A DNA stretch of 64,000 nt, from the NCBI RefSeq assembly GCF_036321535.1, contig NC_087472.1, positions 92,878,001-92,942,000 of the forward strand, given 5' to 3'. Under the pieces are notes generated by a model. It was not told the origin of the DNA, did not search any database, and saw nothing but the letters and a program-made list of their open reading frames with translations. Position numbers and translations under genes: made by a program. Source of the stretch: Camelus dromedarius (Eukaryota). This document shows, in pieces, positions 38,155 to 51,670 of this stretch (within the stretch, counting starts at the first letter, position 1; each line of letters opens with the position of its first letter).

Positions 38155-39053
38155 GTAATTGAGTTGGAAGCAGCATTGGTAAGAGGAATATTGTGTCTAG
38201 TTAAATTCAAATTATACACATCACAGCTAAACTGTGTAATGCAAATAACATACTCAGTGATAATAAAGGGACTAATGAATGAATATATAAGCAATACTGC
38301 ATTTTCTACAATTCTGAAATTTCTTCTCAACTAAATTACCAACTCTGAATCACTCATTGCTCCCAGGGGAAGAATAGGAAGGAAGTTAATACATAATAAG
38401 CACTGGTTCCATGCCAGGCAATATGTTAAAATGTTTTATGTATCTTTCAGTCTTCATACTCACACTCTTAAGGAAAGGAGTCCCACTTTACAAAGGAAAA
38501 ATCTGAGGATCAGAGTGTTTGAGTAACTTGTCCATAATTACAAACTCAGTAGTAAGAGAATAGATTGAATCTGAATCCTATTTCTGTGTAAACACCAAAA
38601 TCAGGCTCTTCCAACCACAATGATCTGACATCAATAAGAAAAATGTTGATGTAACCACATGGTTGCTGCACAACTCCTATAGATGAGTGAACCCAATTTG
38701 AGTGAATTTGATACATGGAGGACACTTCTTAGTGTACATTTTAAATAAACAAAGTTGCCAAGTCCTATCCATATATTTAAGACCATTTGGATTCACTCTA
38801 GTGAATCTAGCAATGAAGTGTTAGGATTCTGTGTGATATGCCTACATCAAGATTAGTCCTATGCTTACACATAATATAGGTATATTACTGTTTTCATCTC
38901 TCCCTTACAAGAATGTCATTCTTCCACCCTGTATTGATTATCTAATAGGTCTGAAATTAAATTGAGTGAGAAAGCAAACGTACCATTACACATATATTTG
39001 TCTTATTGCCCAAATTGTTTGGATTAAGTTCATTAGTGGATATATTTCTACAG

Positions 39054-39667
39054 TGGTGAATTTTCAGTCAGTAGATTTACAGGGGAACCCAAAAAGGAAG
39101 TAAGTAGTATGGGGAGACTGAGATAAGACAGGGTAGTTATTTCACTTGAGCAATGAAACATGAAAGTGCTCTTGGGAAGCCAGGGCAATTTTGAATTATG
39201 TTGATGGAGAACTCCGTTCAGTTCACTTGACCATGCTTCTTTCCCTGCTCCATTCCCTGACTCATGGGGATTCATTCTAACTCTACTAACCCACATTTCT
39301 TTCCTTAGCCCATTTTAAATCACTGTTTCTGGACTAGGTATATAATTTCACAATATACACCAGAAAGTCTTTAATGAAGGATAAATGGTTGTGGAAAATT
39401 CTCTCCTCTAAAATAGCCACTTCCCCTGTAGGAATTTTCCTTAAGAATTATCAAATCATTGACCTTGAAACGTCTTCTTCCCATGAAGTGGGTTATTGTA
39501 TGCCCTGCTTAGAGTGCCTTCTAGTTCTATTCTGAAAAATATTCCAAGATATATGCAAAAAGAACTTTGTTAACTCCTGAGCTAAATATTTTCATAGGAT
39601 TTACATGGCCTTCATATGATTTGGGGGATGAACAATGATATTATGGCATGGTAGTGAGAAGACAGAG
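39054..39667 (+). pseudogene. Cluster of four small plus-strand fossil exons (block B)
   Basis: Exons 39054-39099 (ctacag| ... |gtaagt), 39309-39337 (ccttag| ... |gtatat), 39432-39487 (ctgtag| ... |gtgggt) and 39598-~39667 (tcatag|). Phases chain 1-2-1-0: VNFQSVDLQGNPKR N PF*ITVSGL G IFLKNYQIIDLETSSSHE DLHGLHMIWGMNNDIMAW. Confidence 0.55.
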
Positions 39668-39978
39668 GTGAAGGATTATGTCTTACAAAATTAATCATTG
39701 ATCAAATGTGATCAAATATTTTCACAACCTAATTGTCTACCGTTCATCATCTGACATTCTGGAAAAAAGTACAAAAATATATTTGCATAGCAAAAAAGAG
39801 AAGGCAAGCGCAATGCTTCTTCCAACAAAAGTTATGTTGATTTTTCAATCAGAATAGAATTTGTGGCTTTTGTTTTCTGAAAGTATCTAATATCCTATTG
39901 ACTTGATAATCTTAGACATGATGTTCTAAGAGAGGATGCTTCCGATATTAAATTTCAAGCATGCTATAAATATCTTGC

Positions 39979-40031
39979 TAAAGATCTAACATGATGCATC
40001 AGGCTCGGTAAAGATCAAACATGATGCATCA
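39979..40031. repeat. 23-bp direct repeat with 7-bp spacer
   Basis: taaagatctaacatgatgcatca ggctcgg taaagatcaaacatgatgcatca. Confidence 0.9.
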
Positions 40032-40559
40032 CTTCATACCCTCTCAGCCTCTTTTCCTCCACTCTTTGCTGTGATAATCAGAACCCAATCTTATTTCCTT
40101 GTATGGAGCTTACATTCTCTTGGGTTTGGGGTGGAGAGCACACGATAAACTAGTAATGATAAAAACAAAACTGAAAATGTTACTGGTTAATAATACAGAG
40201 AGTGACTGGGAGACTATTTAATATCTGGTTGGATAGGAAAGATCTCCCTGAGGACCTTTTTTAAAGTTTAAAGTTGAGAGCTGCCTATGTGTGTTAACAT
40301 TTAGGGGAAGAGCGTCCCTGGCAGAGGAATTAGAAAGTAGAAATGGCTATGATTAACAGAGGAAAAGAGAGAAACCAGTGTGGTTGTGGCACAGGAAAGA
40401 CGGGGGTGGTAGATGAGACATTTTTTTTTTTAATGTTGCTTATTTTCAAAGCCAAATAGCCATTCCTTATCCGTATTCTAACCCATACATGTTTTCCATA
40501 GGATTTTTCCTTTAAATCTTCTAATAAAAGGCGAGTCCAAGAAGATGCTTTATATTTAT

Positions 40560-41050
40560 TCTGTGGCTTCAGGAACCTCTGAGCAGGAACCTCTCACTGC
40601 AGCAAACTAACCAATATCTCTTGTTCCCTTATAAACAAACCTCAGATTTTGTGTAGAGTGCACATATGCTCAGTTAAATGTATTTATCTTCTCAGATTTC
40701 CTTGCAGCTAGGAGTGTTGACTGACCCAGTTCTGGTCAATGAAATATATAGAGACATACGTATACAGCATTTTTGGGAAAACGTTTGAAATTGATAAAGC
40801 TCAAGTGGAAAGATTTTGACCATTGACAGTTATCCTTTGTTCTCTCCCTTATCCTTTCTTCCTGCCTTGAACATGGCCATGACACCCAGAGGCTGATCAA
40901 GCCACTTACAATCATGAGGATGAAAGGCACATACTAACCATGGTAGAGCAGAAAACCAGATGGTTCCTGAGCTTCTGATGGAATCATTACACTATTAGAC
41001 TGCCTTCCTTGTGTTTTCACTTCAAGAGAGAAAAGCCCTTGTGTACTTAA
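40560..41050 (+). mobile_element. Old MaLR LTR (MLT1J-like)
   Basis: tttccttgcagctagg...gacccagttctggtcaatgaaata...tggtagagcagaaaacc. Confidence 0.65.
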
Positions 41051-41849
41051 ACTGTTATTTGTTGAGGAAAAAAGACACAGCTGCCTGCCTTAAAAGAATT
41101 TACAATGCAATCAGAGAGGCAATGTGAAAAAATTTTAAAGTGCTATATATCTTCAAATCCAAATACACATATATCAACTTGAGTATACGTTAATTTAGAA
41201 AATGCTAACTTTCATTATGGTGTTCAGGGTCTGTGCTGATTGCTCACCATGCCTGGAATTTATAAGTAGGCAAGTACTCAATAAATATTCGTAACTGAAT
41301 TAATAAACTATATAAATGCAGACTGACTAAAGTAATTTGGGATTACTCACAAAAGGCTTTGTAGAAAAAGTACATTTTGAAAGAAATAAAGGTAATATAT
41401 GGATGGAAGAAAGAGATAACGTGCCAAGTAGGAAAAGAATGGCACATTCAAACATCAGTTGGTGTGTGTCGTTTTGCGGGTAAGCATGACCATGCTGATG
41501 CTTTTGGAGATAATGGGAAGAATATGGATACAATGATTAGATTAGATAAATACCCTAAAAATAACATAATTTTTAATGGATCTTCTAAACCTTATGATGA
41601 GATCTGACAATGAGAGGAGAATAAAAGGTCCTTGGAGAAAAACACCAAGAAAATAATGTACCTGAGAGGGAAATTTGCCTCTGTGATATGAAAAGCAAGA
41701 ACAATTATAATTCAAGACAGAATATCAGTGGATGGCCACGCTTGCCAAGCTTCAGACACACACACAATAAAATGGCAATGGGATAAAAGTAATCAGAAGA
41801 TTTATCTGCAAATTCCAACCCATGTATATGTATAACAAACAGGCATCAT

Positions 41850-42286
41850 TGTCAAGAACTATGAAGAAACAGATTTTACTGGATTTGCAAGCTAACAACT
41901 TAGCCTGCCACAGTTTCATGGATGATGACGTAAGATACAAGGCTCCTGGGTCAGAGATAAAGAATGATTTATTAATCACGGCAAAGGCATTAGCACATGT
42001 CATGGCAGTTCCTTGAGCCCTCCTTACAACAGATTAACGTGAAGAGGGCCAGATGACACCTGCACATGCAATGGGGCGCAAGACAGGAAAGGAACATTGA
42101 TCTTAGGGAACTTAAATCTTTTATAATGGGCAATAAGCATGTCTGCCCTTGGCTCCAAAGAGAGACACTATTTTCTATCTCCCTCCTATCTATAGTCTAG
42201 AGAAGATAGTCCAGGAAAAATGCAGTCAGTCCCTCTTCTCAAAAAGTGCAGAGAGGTCAAGGCACATGGAGAGTTGTTCCCCAACA
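41850..42286 (-). mobile_element. Solo ERVL-class LTR
   Basis: TG...CA termini and a perfect 5-bp TSD ATCAT at 41845-41849 and 42287-42291. Confidence 0.85.
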
Positions 42287-43319
42287 ATCATTTGAAAATA
42301 TCTGGAAGAAAAGTAGGCAGAAAGGCCATAACACAATAAAAAGAATTAAAACTTGGGAACAAAAATAGTAACTCAAAAGTAAAGAAACCTACTTGAGACA
42401 GGATGAGTTCAAAAGTGACGAGAGTGAAAAAATGGAAAGGTTAAAGGTGAGAGAAAAATAGAACAAAGGAAGGACTCAAGAATGAGAAAGACTGGGAATA
42501 TGGCAGAACCTTTACCATATAAAATAATATTACATATACTCTGTTAAATTCAATCCCCAAATCATTTATGGAACACCAACTCTGTGAAATTCAACCTGGC
42601 AGGAGTTGGGGAAATTAAAACACAATAAATATGACATTCCTGTCTTTGAGGAATGAGCAAAATATATAAACATATACATATATAAAACTATAACCAAAAC
42701 TCTCTATAATAAAGTTGATCTTTAAATATTTAGTATTTTTAGTAAAAACAATGAAATGTTGGGGACTTTTAATTAGCTATTAAAACTTGGCCCATTGTGG
42801 TCATTTAAAATTAAATTACCATCTACAAAAGATTAAATGAATGGTCTGTTTCACACAATAGTGGAGGAAAACTTCTCAATACATCAGTCTTAAGCTGCCT
42901 ATGGCAACCAGACTTTTGAACATTAGAATGTAGTGCGTCTAAAATAGTGTCATAACACTGTTTCTGGAAAAAAAACATTCAGGGGAAATAAAAATTCCTT
43001 ATTTTTGGAAAAAAAATTACTTTGGCCAAAAGCCTAAAGATTTCACAGATTCAGGACAGTTAAATAGTGAAAGGAAAACTTGCCTTTAAGCTTCAACATC
43101 TTTTGCTTTAGTAGCACTACCAACATTTGGTCATGTCAAGGAACCACGACAGTTTGAAGGAGGTTTTTCACCACATGGGCTGTGCCACTATTTTGGAGTG
43201 TGATGTACAGATGCTCTTATGACACCATTTACCTTTCAGCACTTATCACAGTTTGCAATTGTTTATTTACTTGTTTGTTTTACTTTATTACTCTCTGTAC
43301 CAGCCACTGCTTGAGCCCT

Positions 43320-43767
43320 TTTTGTATCTTCTCAGCTCATCTTTTTACATTAGCTGTTGATGTGGCAACCAGCTGTGAGCAGGTATGGCCTGCAAGCACC
43401 TTCCCTCAGATGCACTATGTATCTATTGCTGTTTCTACCACCACTTAGTGGGAATGATTTCAGGAGACAACTGACACATTCCAAAAAGTGGAATCACAAG
43501 GAAGTGAAAGACATGTGAAGCAGCCTGAGACCCATGGGGGATAGAGCCATTAGATGTCCTAGGTAGCAAGTCTGAGGTACATTCTACATGGCTTCTCAGG
43601 AGGCTCCAGTGGGATTGAGTCCAGCTCAATGACAGACTCTTCTTTCCTTCTGTCTCTCTCACTCTTACCCATTCCCTATTCCTGATCATTAGGTTTCTGC
43701 TCCCCAAATAAACCTGCATCTAAACCCTTATCTCAGCCCTGCCTTTGGGGCAATCCAGGCTAAGACA
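43320..43767 (+). mobile_element. LTR16-like ERVL LTR
   Basis: Ends ccccaaataaacctgcatctaaacccttatctcag...ccaggctaagaca. Confidence 0.7.
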
Positions 43768-44159
43768 TTACCTACCTTGTCCATTTAAAGGTAAACTCCA
43801 TGAGAAGAAGGAATATGTTCGGCTTCCTTGACACGAGAGGGAAGTACGCATTGATGAACATTAATTCTATGAATTAATTCATAGAAGCACCTATGACTCC
43901 AAGTACTTTCACGTATAGTTCCATTAGGAATTTCTTTACACTTGATAAATCCTTCTATAAAGCACCTTCCACAGATCTGAAATCATTCACTTCAGCCTAG
44001 AATGAATGATTTCCATCAAGAATTATTTTTATCTCCCTTAAAACTCCTAGAACAGATCAGTTGCAGTAGAAGAATGGGAAACCTGAAATGGGAAAGGGTG
44101 AAGAATGAGAAAAGAGGGATGATTAGAAGCAGGGTGTTGGAGGAGGTCATGGAGAGGAT

Positions 44160-44520
44160 GTGATTGCCAGTTGACCTGCAAGCTGAAAACCCGGGCAATC
44201 AGGGGCCCCTCACCCCCTCCCCTGTCCTTGTAATGTAAGTCCCACCCACCTTTCCCACAGTGTGAGCCATTTTCAAGGATGCAGCCTTGAGAGAGCAGTG
44301 TGTTGTTGAGACCATTTGGACTGAATGCCTCACAACCCAGTTAAGGCCTCTGTATACACCTTTAAGATTTTAGCAGGTGAGTGCAGAGATCTGCTCATCC
44401 TGCAGCACCCAAGACAAGTCTCATAAATTTCTCTGCTGCTTAAACCTGCCATCTACCAATCTGGAGAAGCTGCCTTTCTTTGGTCTCTCCTTAGATGGGG
44501 CTGGTTTGCAAACCAACACA
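44160..44520 (+). mobile_element. LTR remnant
   Basis: LTR-like sequence ending ggtttgcaaaccaaca. No clear TSD. Confidence 0.55.
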
Positions 44521-46714
44521 GGGAGACTCTCAGGAAGGGTAACCAGGGTGGCCTGAAAGAGTTGAAGGCAGAGGGGGTGAACACAACACAGGAGTAGCTG
44601 GACACCTAGGGGGAGAGAGAAAGGAAAGGCTTGCATGTGTGCACAGCCTGCTTTGCCCTTTTGTTTACCCATCTCTAAGGATAAACAATTATCTTCTTCT
44701 TGAAGATGATCAAATAAGCCCCAGGAAGAAAGTGATCAGAAGTGTCCTGATTGGACTGTTGTGAAAGCTACACCACTAAGAGAATGATAAAGAGAGTGGA
44801 GTGAACTGGGGTTTGGGAAAAGAAAATAGATATTATCTTGAAAGAAAGCTAGGGGAAATTGAAATAAAAATAAAACCAAGATTAGCGAAAGACAAGGATA
44901 AATGAAACAAAAAAGCAGAACGATCGCTGACTACAAATCAGCAATGAAAAGAAAGATAGAAAAGTGTGCCTGGAAATCTATTTTTTTAATGACATTTTCC
45001 TCCAGTTTCTCGTATTGTTGTCATTGTTTTTTAAACTTCCTTGGTATGACTCCCTCCTGTGACAGTAATTTCCCTAGAATTAACAGACTAAGTTTTGTCT
45101 ATTTTTAACACATCAGATAACTGAAAAAATTTAGGAGGCAATTTGTTGAGGAGGAGAGTAAAGTTTATGTGTGATATTAAAAAATACTTTGCCTTGCTGT
45201 TCAAACCTGCCACAAGTTGAATACAATGACTGCAGAGGAAGCACTTTGGCCAATTTAAAGCCTCTCTTTGCCACCCATGCCTGTTGCTAAAGGGCTTCTT
45301 TGCAGTGTCTCATTGAGATCTAGGTGGTATTTCCATAAAGGGGCGGACATGGAATTTGATCTCAGAAAATGGATGTGGACTTAGTCTTGGAAAAGTGCAG
45401 ATGCACAGTTTCTGGTGTTCTCCAAGTAACTCTAATTAGTAGATATTCCCAGTGTAAACTGATAGCAATTACCATCTTTAACTTCTCCATCTCCACTATT
45501 ACACCTATGTAAACAATCACCACGTTATGGCCATTAAACTGGGTAATAAATATACTTCACTCTTTGTCTCCAAGGTAGGAGTGTATTATATTTTAGCACA
45601 TATCATTTTTGTTGTGATTATTGACATGCCCATTGCTTTACTACCTCACATCTTTCATGAAGATCAGACCAGCAGCACACAGGAAGACCTCTCATAGTCA
45701 ATAAGCTTTTGCTCAAACACCTCCTGGCACGAAGCCTTGATAAGCCCACTTAAAAATGGATTTGGCTTCTTTAGGTATAGTGAGTTTCCCATCATTGGAA
45801 ATTTCAGGCAGGACTAGATAGAAAATCACTAAGATTCCTTCAAGCCACAAACTTTATGTTTCTATACTAAAGCAAAGTCAAAAATACAAGGGCACATTCT
45901 CTTTGCATACATTTCCCTTATCTATGGTATTAAATCTGCTACGCTCCTATTCAGTGTGCTGTGCAGGGTATGATAAACCATGTGCTCAAGGCATACACTC
46001 AATAAATTTGTGTCAGGAAGGAATTATGTCTCATTGGCAATATCATCTCAGATATAATGTGCTTGCTATTTAGTAATCTCATGTAAAGTATTTTGATTGT
46101 GCAAAATGAGAGTAAGTATTATTTAATATCCACATTTATTTTGCTCATTTTCTTTCTATGATGAAATTGCACCAGCAACATAATTGGCTAGCAATGACCT
46201 TCAAAAATCTTTAATAAGTTAGAGACTAAAAGTGAAGAGGCCAGGTTAAAGGTTTTGTCTGCCAGATAATACAAGGCTAAAGGTCAAGTTTATAAAAAAT
46301 AAAACATCAACCAGAGAGCTCTGTTTGCATAGCTATGAATCCAGAGGGCTGTATATGATCTGAACTCCCTATCAAGGTATTTATTTTGTCCACATGTGAT
46401 GCAGAAAAAGAAAATGCATCACATTTTTCGTGCAGTTTCATGCATTTGACTTGGAATTGCTTTAATCTGATGAAAACAATACTACAGTTGATTCTTGGTA
46501 GAGTAAAAATGTTTCACTTAAGAACTTAAAGGGCTGATCTACTTAAAGCTTCAGCATTTCTTATTCTTGTGAACACCTAGGATGCCTAAATAATTCTTTC
46601 TGGGGTGCAATTTTCTTCATAAGTATGATGGATCAATATTCCCTGTGTATCAAAACAGCTGCTCTCAGAAAGAAAATTACTTGAGACTGCTACATCATGG
46701 GAGAAGCTAAGTAC

Positions 46715-47220
46715 ATATGGTAGATGGCAAAAAGACTGTAATTTGTCACCCTTCCTTATACCCACACCCTCTGCGATGTGATTTTGCAATTCCTCTTGCT
46801 AAGGAGGCAGAGTTCATTTCCCTTCACCTTGAATCTGGACTGGCCTTGTGACTTATTTTGGCCAATCTATTGCAACAGAAGTCACAATGTGCCAGTTCTG
46901 ACCCTGGGCCTCAAGAGACCTTACATGCTTATTTCTGCTATTTCCCAGAACCTTGTGACCATGAAGAAAACAAGCCCAGGCTAGCCTGCGGGATTATGAG
47001 ACACATGACCTAGCCAACAGCAAGCCCACTCGTAGACATGAAAGTGAAACCATCCCAGGTCAGCCAGTCCTCTGGACACCTTGTAACTGACCAGACACAT
47101 AGTCAAGCCCCAAGGAGATCAGTTTAGCCCAAACCAGAAGAACTGCCCAGACTAGTGAGCTTATTGTTTCATCCACTATATTTTGTGATAGTTTATTACA
47201 CAGCAGTAGATAACCTATAA
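46715..47220 (+). mobile_element. MaLR LTR (MLT1G/H-like)
   Basis: ccttgaatctggactggccttgtgacttattttggccaat...cacagcagtagataac. Confidence 0.8.
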
Positions 47221-47329
47221 ATGACAATTGTCTGAAAGAGTGTTGCTCAAAATACGCAACAGAAAATGATGCAATCCAGTAATGTAAGGAAGTGCTGGAG
47301 GACTTTTTTTTTTAATGCCAAAATTCAAA

Positions 47330-48267
47330 AACAAAACCCAGTGGTCCAGATGCAACTGATCCTAGAAATGGGGGACAATTGATGTAGCTATTCATAAACA
47401 AAAAAGAGTTAGCATTGAAATTATTATAGACAGGGAAATGATTGAAAGTCTGAAGTTCCAGCAACAGAAAGATTGGTGGAAAACAGAAAGCACTGAAGCT
47501 GTGATTGCTACCTGGTAAATATTGATTAAGGAAAATGGAAACTGAAAGTGTTAAAAGCACAGACTGAGCATAGGTGTTGACTGTGGGCCTTGCTCCCACC
47601 CCAGAGATTACTGCTCACTTCTTAGCACTGTATTCAGGATGAAATGACAGATTCTGTAAAGCTGTTAAAGCTATGTCTTAATGTTTTTGCTTCCCAAGCA
47701 GTGAGAGCTTTCTATTTAAATTGCTATCCCTCAGAAGAGCTGCATTAGCAAGCAGCAGAGGAGGAGATCTGGGTAAACTTGCCATCTTGGATTTACTCCC
47801 TAACCTCCCATTTTGTCCTTTAAAATCGAGATTTTTCAACACTTAAGATTATAAGTCTTAAACCTGCCTGAGTTGAATTCTTTAACACTAGATTGAACAA
47901 TCAAGGCCATTTTCTTTAACATTTGCCTCACCCTCTCTACCTGCTTTTTCAATTCGGTTAAAGAGAGTCAGGAACCAAGAACTATTTAAAATGCACAGTT
48001 CATAAATCTTTTGATGTGGGAACAATTCAATACCCAAACCACATAGCTGCCAACTTCCACTTCTTCACCTTTGTTCTGTATTTTGATTTGGGAAGACACA
48101 AAGCTAAGAGAGCGTGATGTATCCCGGGGAGTGGAACGGTATAGCAACCATTACAAAATAGGAGTAGTCGAAAGTGGGATCTTAGGCCTGTTATTAATCT
48201 ACCTCACATCATTTTATTAAATTATTCTGTAGATCCATAAGCCAAGAAATGAGAAAAGCCAATTGAG
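47330..48267 (+). pseudogene. Plus-strand fossil coding region containing an inverted paralogue of exon 49551-50226
   Basis: Reads TIDVAIHKQKRVSIEIIIDREMIESLKFQQQKDWWKTESTEAVIATW...FPSSESFLFKLLSLRRAALASSRGGDL with donor |gtaaac at 47773. A small exon follows at ~48233-48267 (ctgtag| ... GAG|gtatta). Confidence 0.5.
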
Positions 48268-49000
48268 GTATTAATGGCAGGGTGCTAAAAAAAAAAAAAA
48301 AAACACACTATAGTGCAAAATGAATGATCACCCCTGAATGGGGCCTCTCAGAACAAAAGGCTAAGGTCTGAAGGACAGTTGTGTGTGGTTTCAGGTAGGC
48401 CATGAATGGCTCCTGCGCACTTTGAAGCTGCTATATTAGAGATCACTGGGCCTTAAAATAGGCAACCCTAGATATTCTTCCCGAAGGGGAAAATCTTTGC
48501 ACACCAGTGACATCAGATAAGGGAGGGGCAGTTAAGTTTGACACTCATTACGGTAGTAGTGGTCTGAGCTGCCCCCTGGCAGACTACATAAAGTCAGGAA
48601 ATGGTCCTAGAGTTAAGGAAGAAATCAACTCCTAAAAGGATTATAAACCCTGTATGTAATAAGTATATAACAGAGTAGCAAAGAAAGAGGCTGTCTAAAA
48701 GAGAAGCTTTAGCAGTATCTCTAACATTCAGTCACTTAGGAAAAAAAACAGAAAGCTGAAGTTTCAACAATACATAACATCTGTTAAATCTGGATGTAGA
48801 GGGTTTTTTTTTTCTTATTTTTCTGTCTTTTATTTATGTTTAAAATAGCTCATAATAGTGTACATATAATAAAAAAGAACCAAAATGAAGTTGAATAATC
48901 TATGTCAGCCCACAATAGAACTAGCTGTCTCCTAGGAGATGTTTAATGATAACACAAAAAGAGAAGTCTGAGTGGATAGGTAGGCCTATTTTCTGGCCTA

Positions 49001-49309
49001 CTTCTGAATGCCAGGTTGCAATGAGATTTAGAAAAAAATCCTTTATCTGGCAGGATGGTGAATCTCCTAATTCTAACTCCTATTTTCTCTGTCTTCTCTG
49101 ATATGGGCCTGTTTTCCATGGTATGGTTGTAAGAATAATACACGATAACAGCAATGGTAGAGCGTAAGTCATTCTCTGGGTAGAATAAAGTTCTTATGTG
49201 CTTAAAAGCTAGAGAAATAATCCCCATTTCTCTAGCCAATGTAGCTGATCCCCTTATTATCAAAACGATACTCTCGGTAGTATGACTAATTGAAATTTGC
49301 ATGAATCCT
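49001..49309 (-). pseudogene. Candidate fossil exon, gene A (3' boundary uncertain)
   Basis: Acceptor ttttcttatacctttattaag|. Lies within the 119-aa ORF 48943-49302, the longest ORF outside recognised repeats. Confidence 0.45.
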
Positions 49310-49550
49310 CTTAATAAAGGTATAAGAAAACATCTATATAGATGCTTGGTGAAAAACAGATATTCTTATTACTTTCTCTGGTTTCTTAGTCTACTGACAT
49401 TTTATATATTTGTCACTTGGAAAATGACCACTTGTTAAACCTGGCTATTTGGTCTCCTTGCCCCTAAAGGATCTCTTCCTATGATCACATCCCCTAGGTG
49501 CCAGCAGTACACCTGGCTCTCTGCCCACTCGGCTGTGTGATATTGCTTAC

Positions 49551-50226
49551 CTAGAACAATGAGAGACAAGTTAGAAAGCAGCGAAGAGCTGCCCTTCCCA
49601 TGTGTTTGCTAAACACAAAAGGGCAGGCGAAGAGCACACAGTCGGTGAGCAAGAGGCCAGCTGCCTTACAAATATGTAGTTTGAAGCATTCGAAGGAACA
49701 AGGGCCCAGTAGGTGGCTGATCTGCTGCCTCTCTACTCTGTGTGGGCCCTTAAATCCTTTCCTTTGAGCTCCCTAATATAGCTCTTCTAAGGGATAACTA
49801 TTTAAATAGAAAGCTCCCACTGTTTGGCAAGTCAAAAAGCATCAGTTCACTGTTCTAACAGCTCTACAGCAGCTCTGAAAACACAGAGGAGATGGGTGAG
49901 CAGGAATCCCCAAAATAGTCTATTTGATCTACCAGAAGTCACTTAGTTACAGTGCTGCAATTGAGAAGGGAAAAGTCTTTCCCTGGCCACTCCTTTTCAT
50001 CATTAATATCCTCAGAGATATCCAAGTAATAAGTTACTTTGGAGACACTCTGCTTCTTGTTCACCTGCAAGTAGGACTTCCCAGTGATTCTATCCTCTAT
50101 CAGGGCATTTATTTTATGTCCCAACTATAATACTAAGCCATGCTCCACAGCCGAGGTGAAGAATCTTTCTTCATTCATGGTGACGTAATTATTCCAAAGA
50201 AAGGTTGGAAGTATGCAAGAATTGAT
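49551..50226 (-). pseudogene. Large fossil exon, gene A (676 nt)
   Basis: Acceptor cagtttttacag|, donor TAG|gtaagc. Phase 0 reads INSCILPTFLWNNYVTMNEERFFTSAVEHGLVL*LGHKINALIEDRITGKSYLQVNKKQSVSKVTYYLDISEDINDEKEWPGKDFSLLNCSTVTK*LLVDQIDYFGDSC... Confidence 0.65.
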
Positions 50227-51451
50227 CTGTAAAAACTGTTGGTATTTAAAAACTCAATACAAACTGTTGGGTTAGATTCACTGGGAACTATACAAGTGTA
50301 AGGAATTGGGGGAGGGGGAACCAACATATACAAAACAGCTCAACAAATAATAAAAGCAGGTGTTTAGCACCCTGTGCTATGTTACAGACTATAAATTCAG
50401 AGGTCACATAAGGGAAAGATTACTGAGGGACAAATGGATAAAAGCTTCATAGAGTTGCTGATGAAAGATGTGAAGTTTGATGTGAGTACCAGGAAAGGGT
50501 TCAGTAAGATGGGAATAAGTCTAATGGTGGGAATAAAATGGGCTGTAGGAAGAAACAAGCACAACCATAAGGCACTGAAGATAAAATCAGCTTGGTGTGT
50601 GTGTGTGCAAGCGCGTGTGCAAGTTTGTGGGATAGTTGTGGGTAGTGGAAACAGGAAGAGTATGAATTGATGTCTGAGGGCCAGTGTGACTCAGTGATAG
50701 TTTCTCTAAGGAAGTTTTGGCTAAAAATACAGTGGACTTTCAACAAAAGTGATGCTGTAGGAAACAAGGAGACATAAATTTTGGGAGTGTCTTCACCTAT
50801 TGATAAACAAAGTGGATAGCTGGAAAGAGCATAAATGAAGCATGCAGTTATCGTGTGGTTTCCCCATTTGTCTCAGGTGTAGTAATGGGAGAAAAAAGTA
50901 GGAGGACCATTTTATCACTAATTCTCCTGTAAATATTCACAATTAACTGAAGAATAATAAAGGAGAACAAAATTGAGGATAGAGAATAGCAAGGACGAGG
51001 AGCAAGTGACATGTACAAATCTGCAAAATTTGACCCTATTATCTAAACTCTTCCTAAAATATATGAAATGTTCAAATGATTTTTTTTCCTTTACACACTT
51101 GAAGGGAAACAAATCCTGTGTCTTTGTGGTAACAGGGTATCACAGCAAGTAATGAAAAGAAGTACCAAATGTCCTCAGTGCTAGTTGACACTAAAGAATT
51201 TCTAAATGTAGCCTCAAACGTTTTTTTTTTTTTGTACTGCTTGTTAACTTAAAGGATATGTAAAATCATCCCAGCTACTGGTGAATGATCCATGACAAAG
51301 AAAGATATATATTTAGAATTTGTTTGAACAGAGAACTTTGCAATTGCTATTCTGCTGTGTCACTTAGACACAAGGGCACAATCCCCAAAGCCAGACTTTT
51401 CAAGTTTTGAGATAAAAGGTATGAAGGAAAGAGTAAAAAGTCATTCCTTAA

Positions 51452-51567
51452 CTAATAATCCAATCTTCTCTTTTTCTTCCATTCTCCTTTCTACAAACAC
51501 AGTACAGTGTATTCAGGTGATAAAGCCACACTTTCAGTATCACTCCAGTCAAATGCTGTCTGTCTTG
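51452..51567 (-). pseudogene. Fossil exon, gene A
   Basis: Acceptor tgtgacttgtag|. Phase 1 reads ARQTAFDWSDTESVALSPEYTVLCL*KGEWKKKRRLDY. Donor decayed: TAG|ttaagg, inferred to derive from CAG|gtaagg. Confidence 0.6.
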
Positions 51568-51670
51568 CTACAAGTCACACAGAGTAACATCAATTAATTT
51601 ACTGAAAATGGCTTCCAACCTAGTGCCAGGACATTATGGAATAACCTTATAAATTCCTCAAGTTTGGTAC

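Noticed and set aside
51440..51580. Plus-strand acceptor with a long pyrimidine tract
   Set aside because: It is better explained as the purine-rich coding strand of the minus-strand exon 51452-51567.
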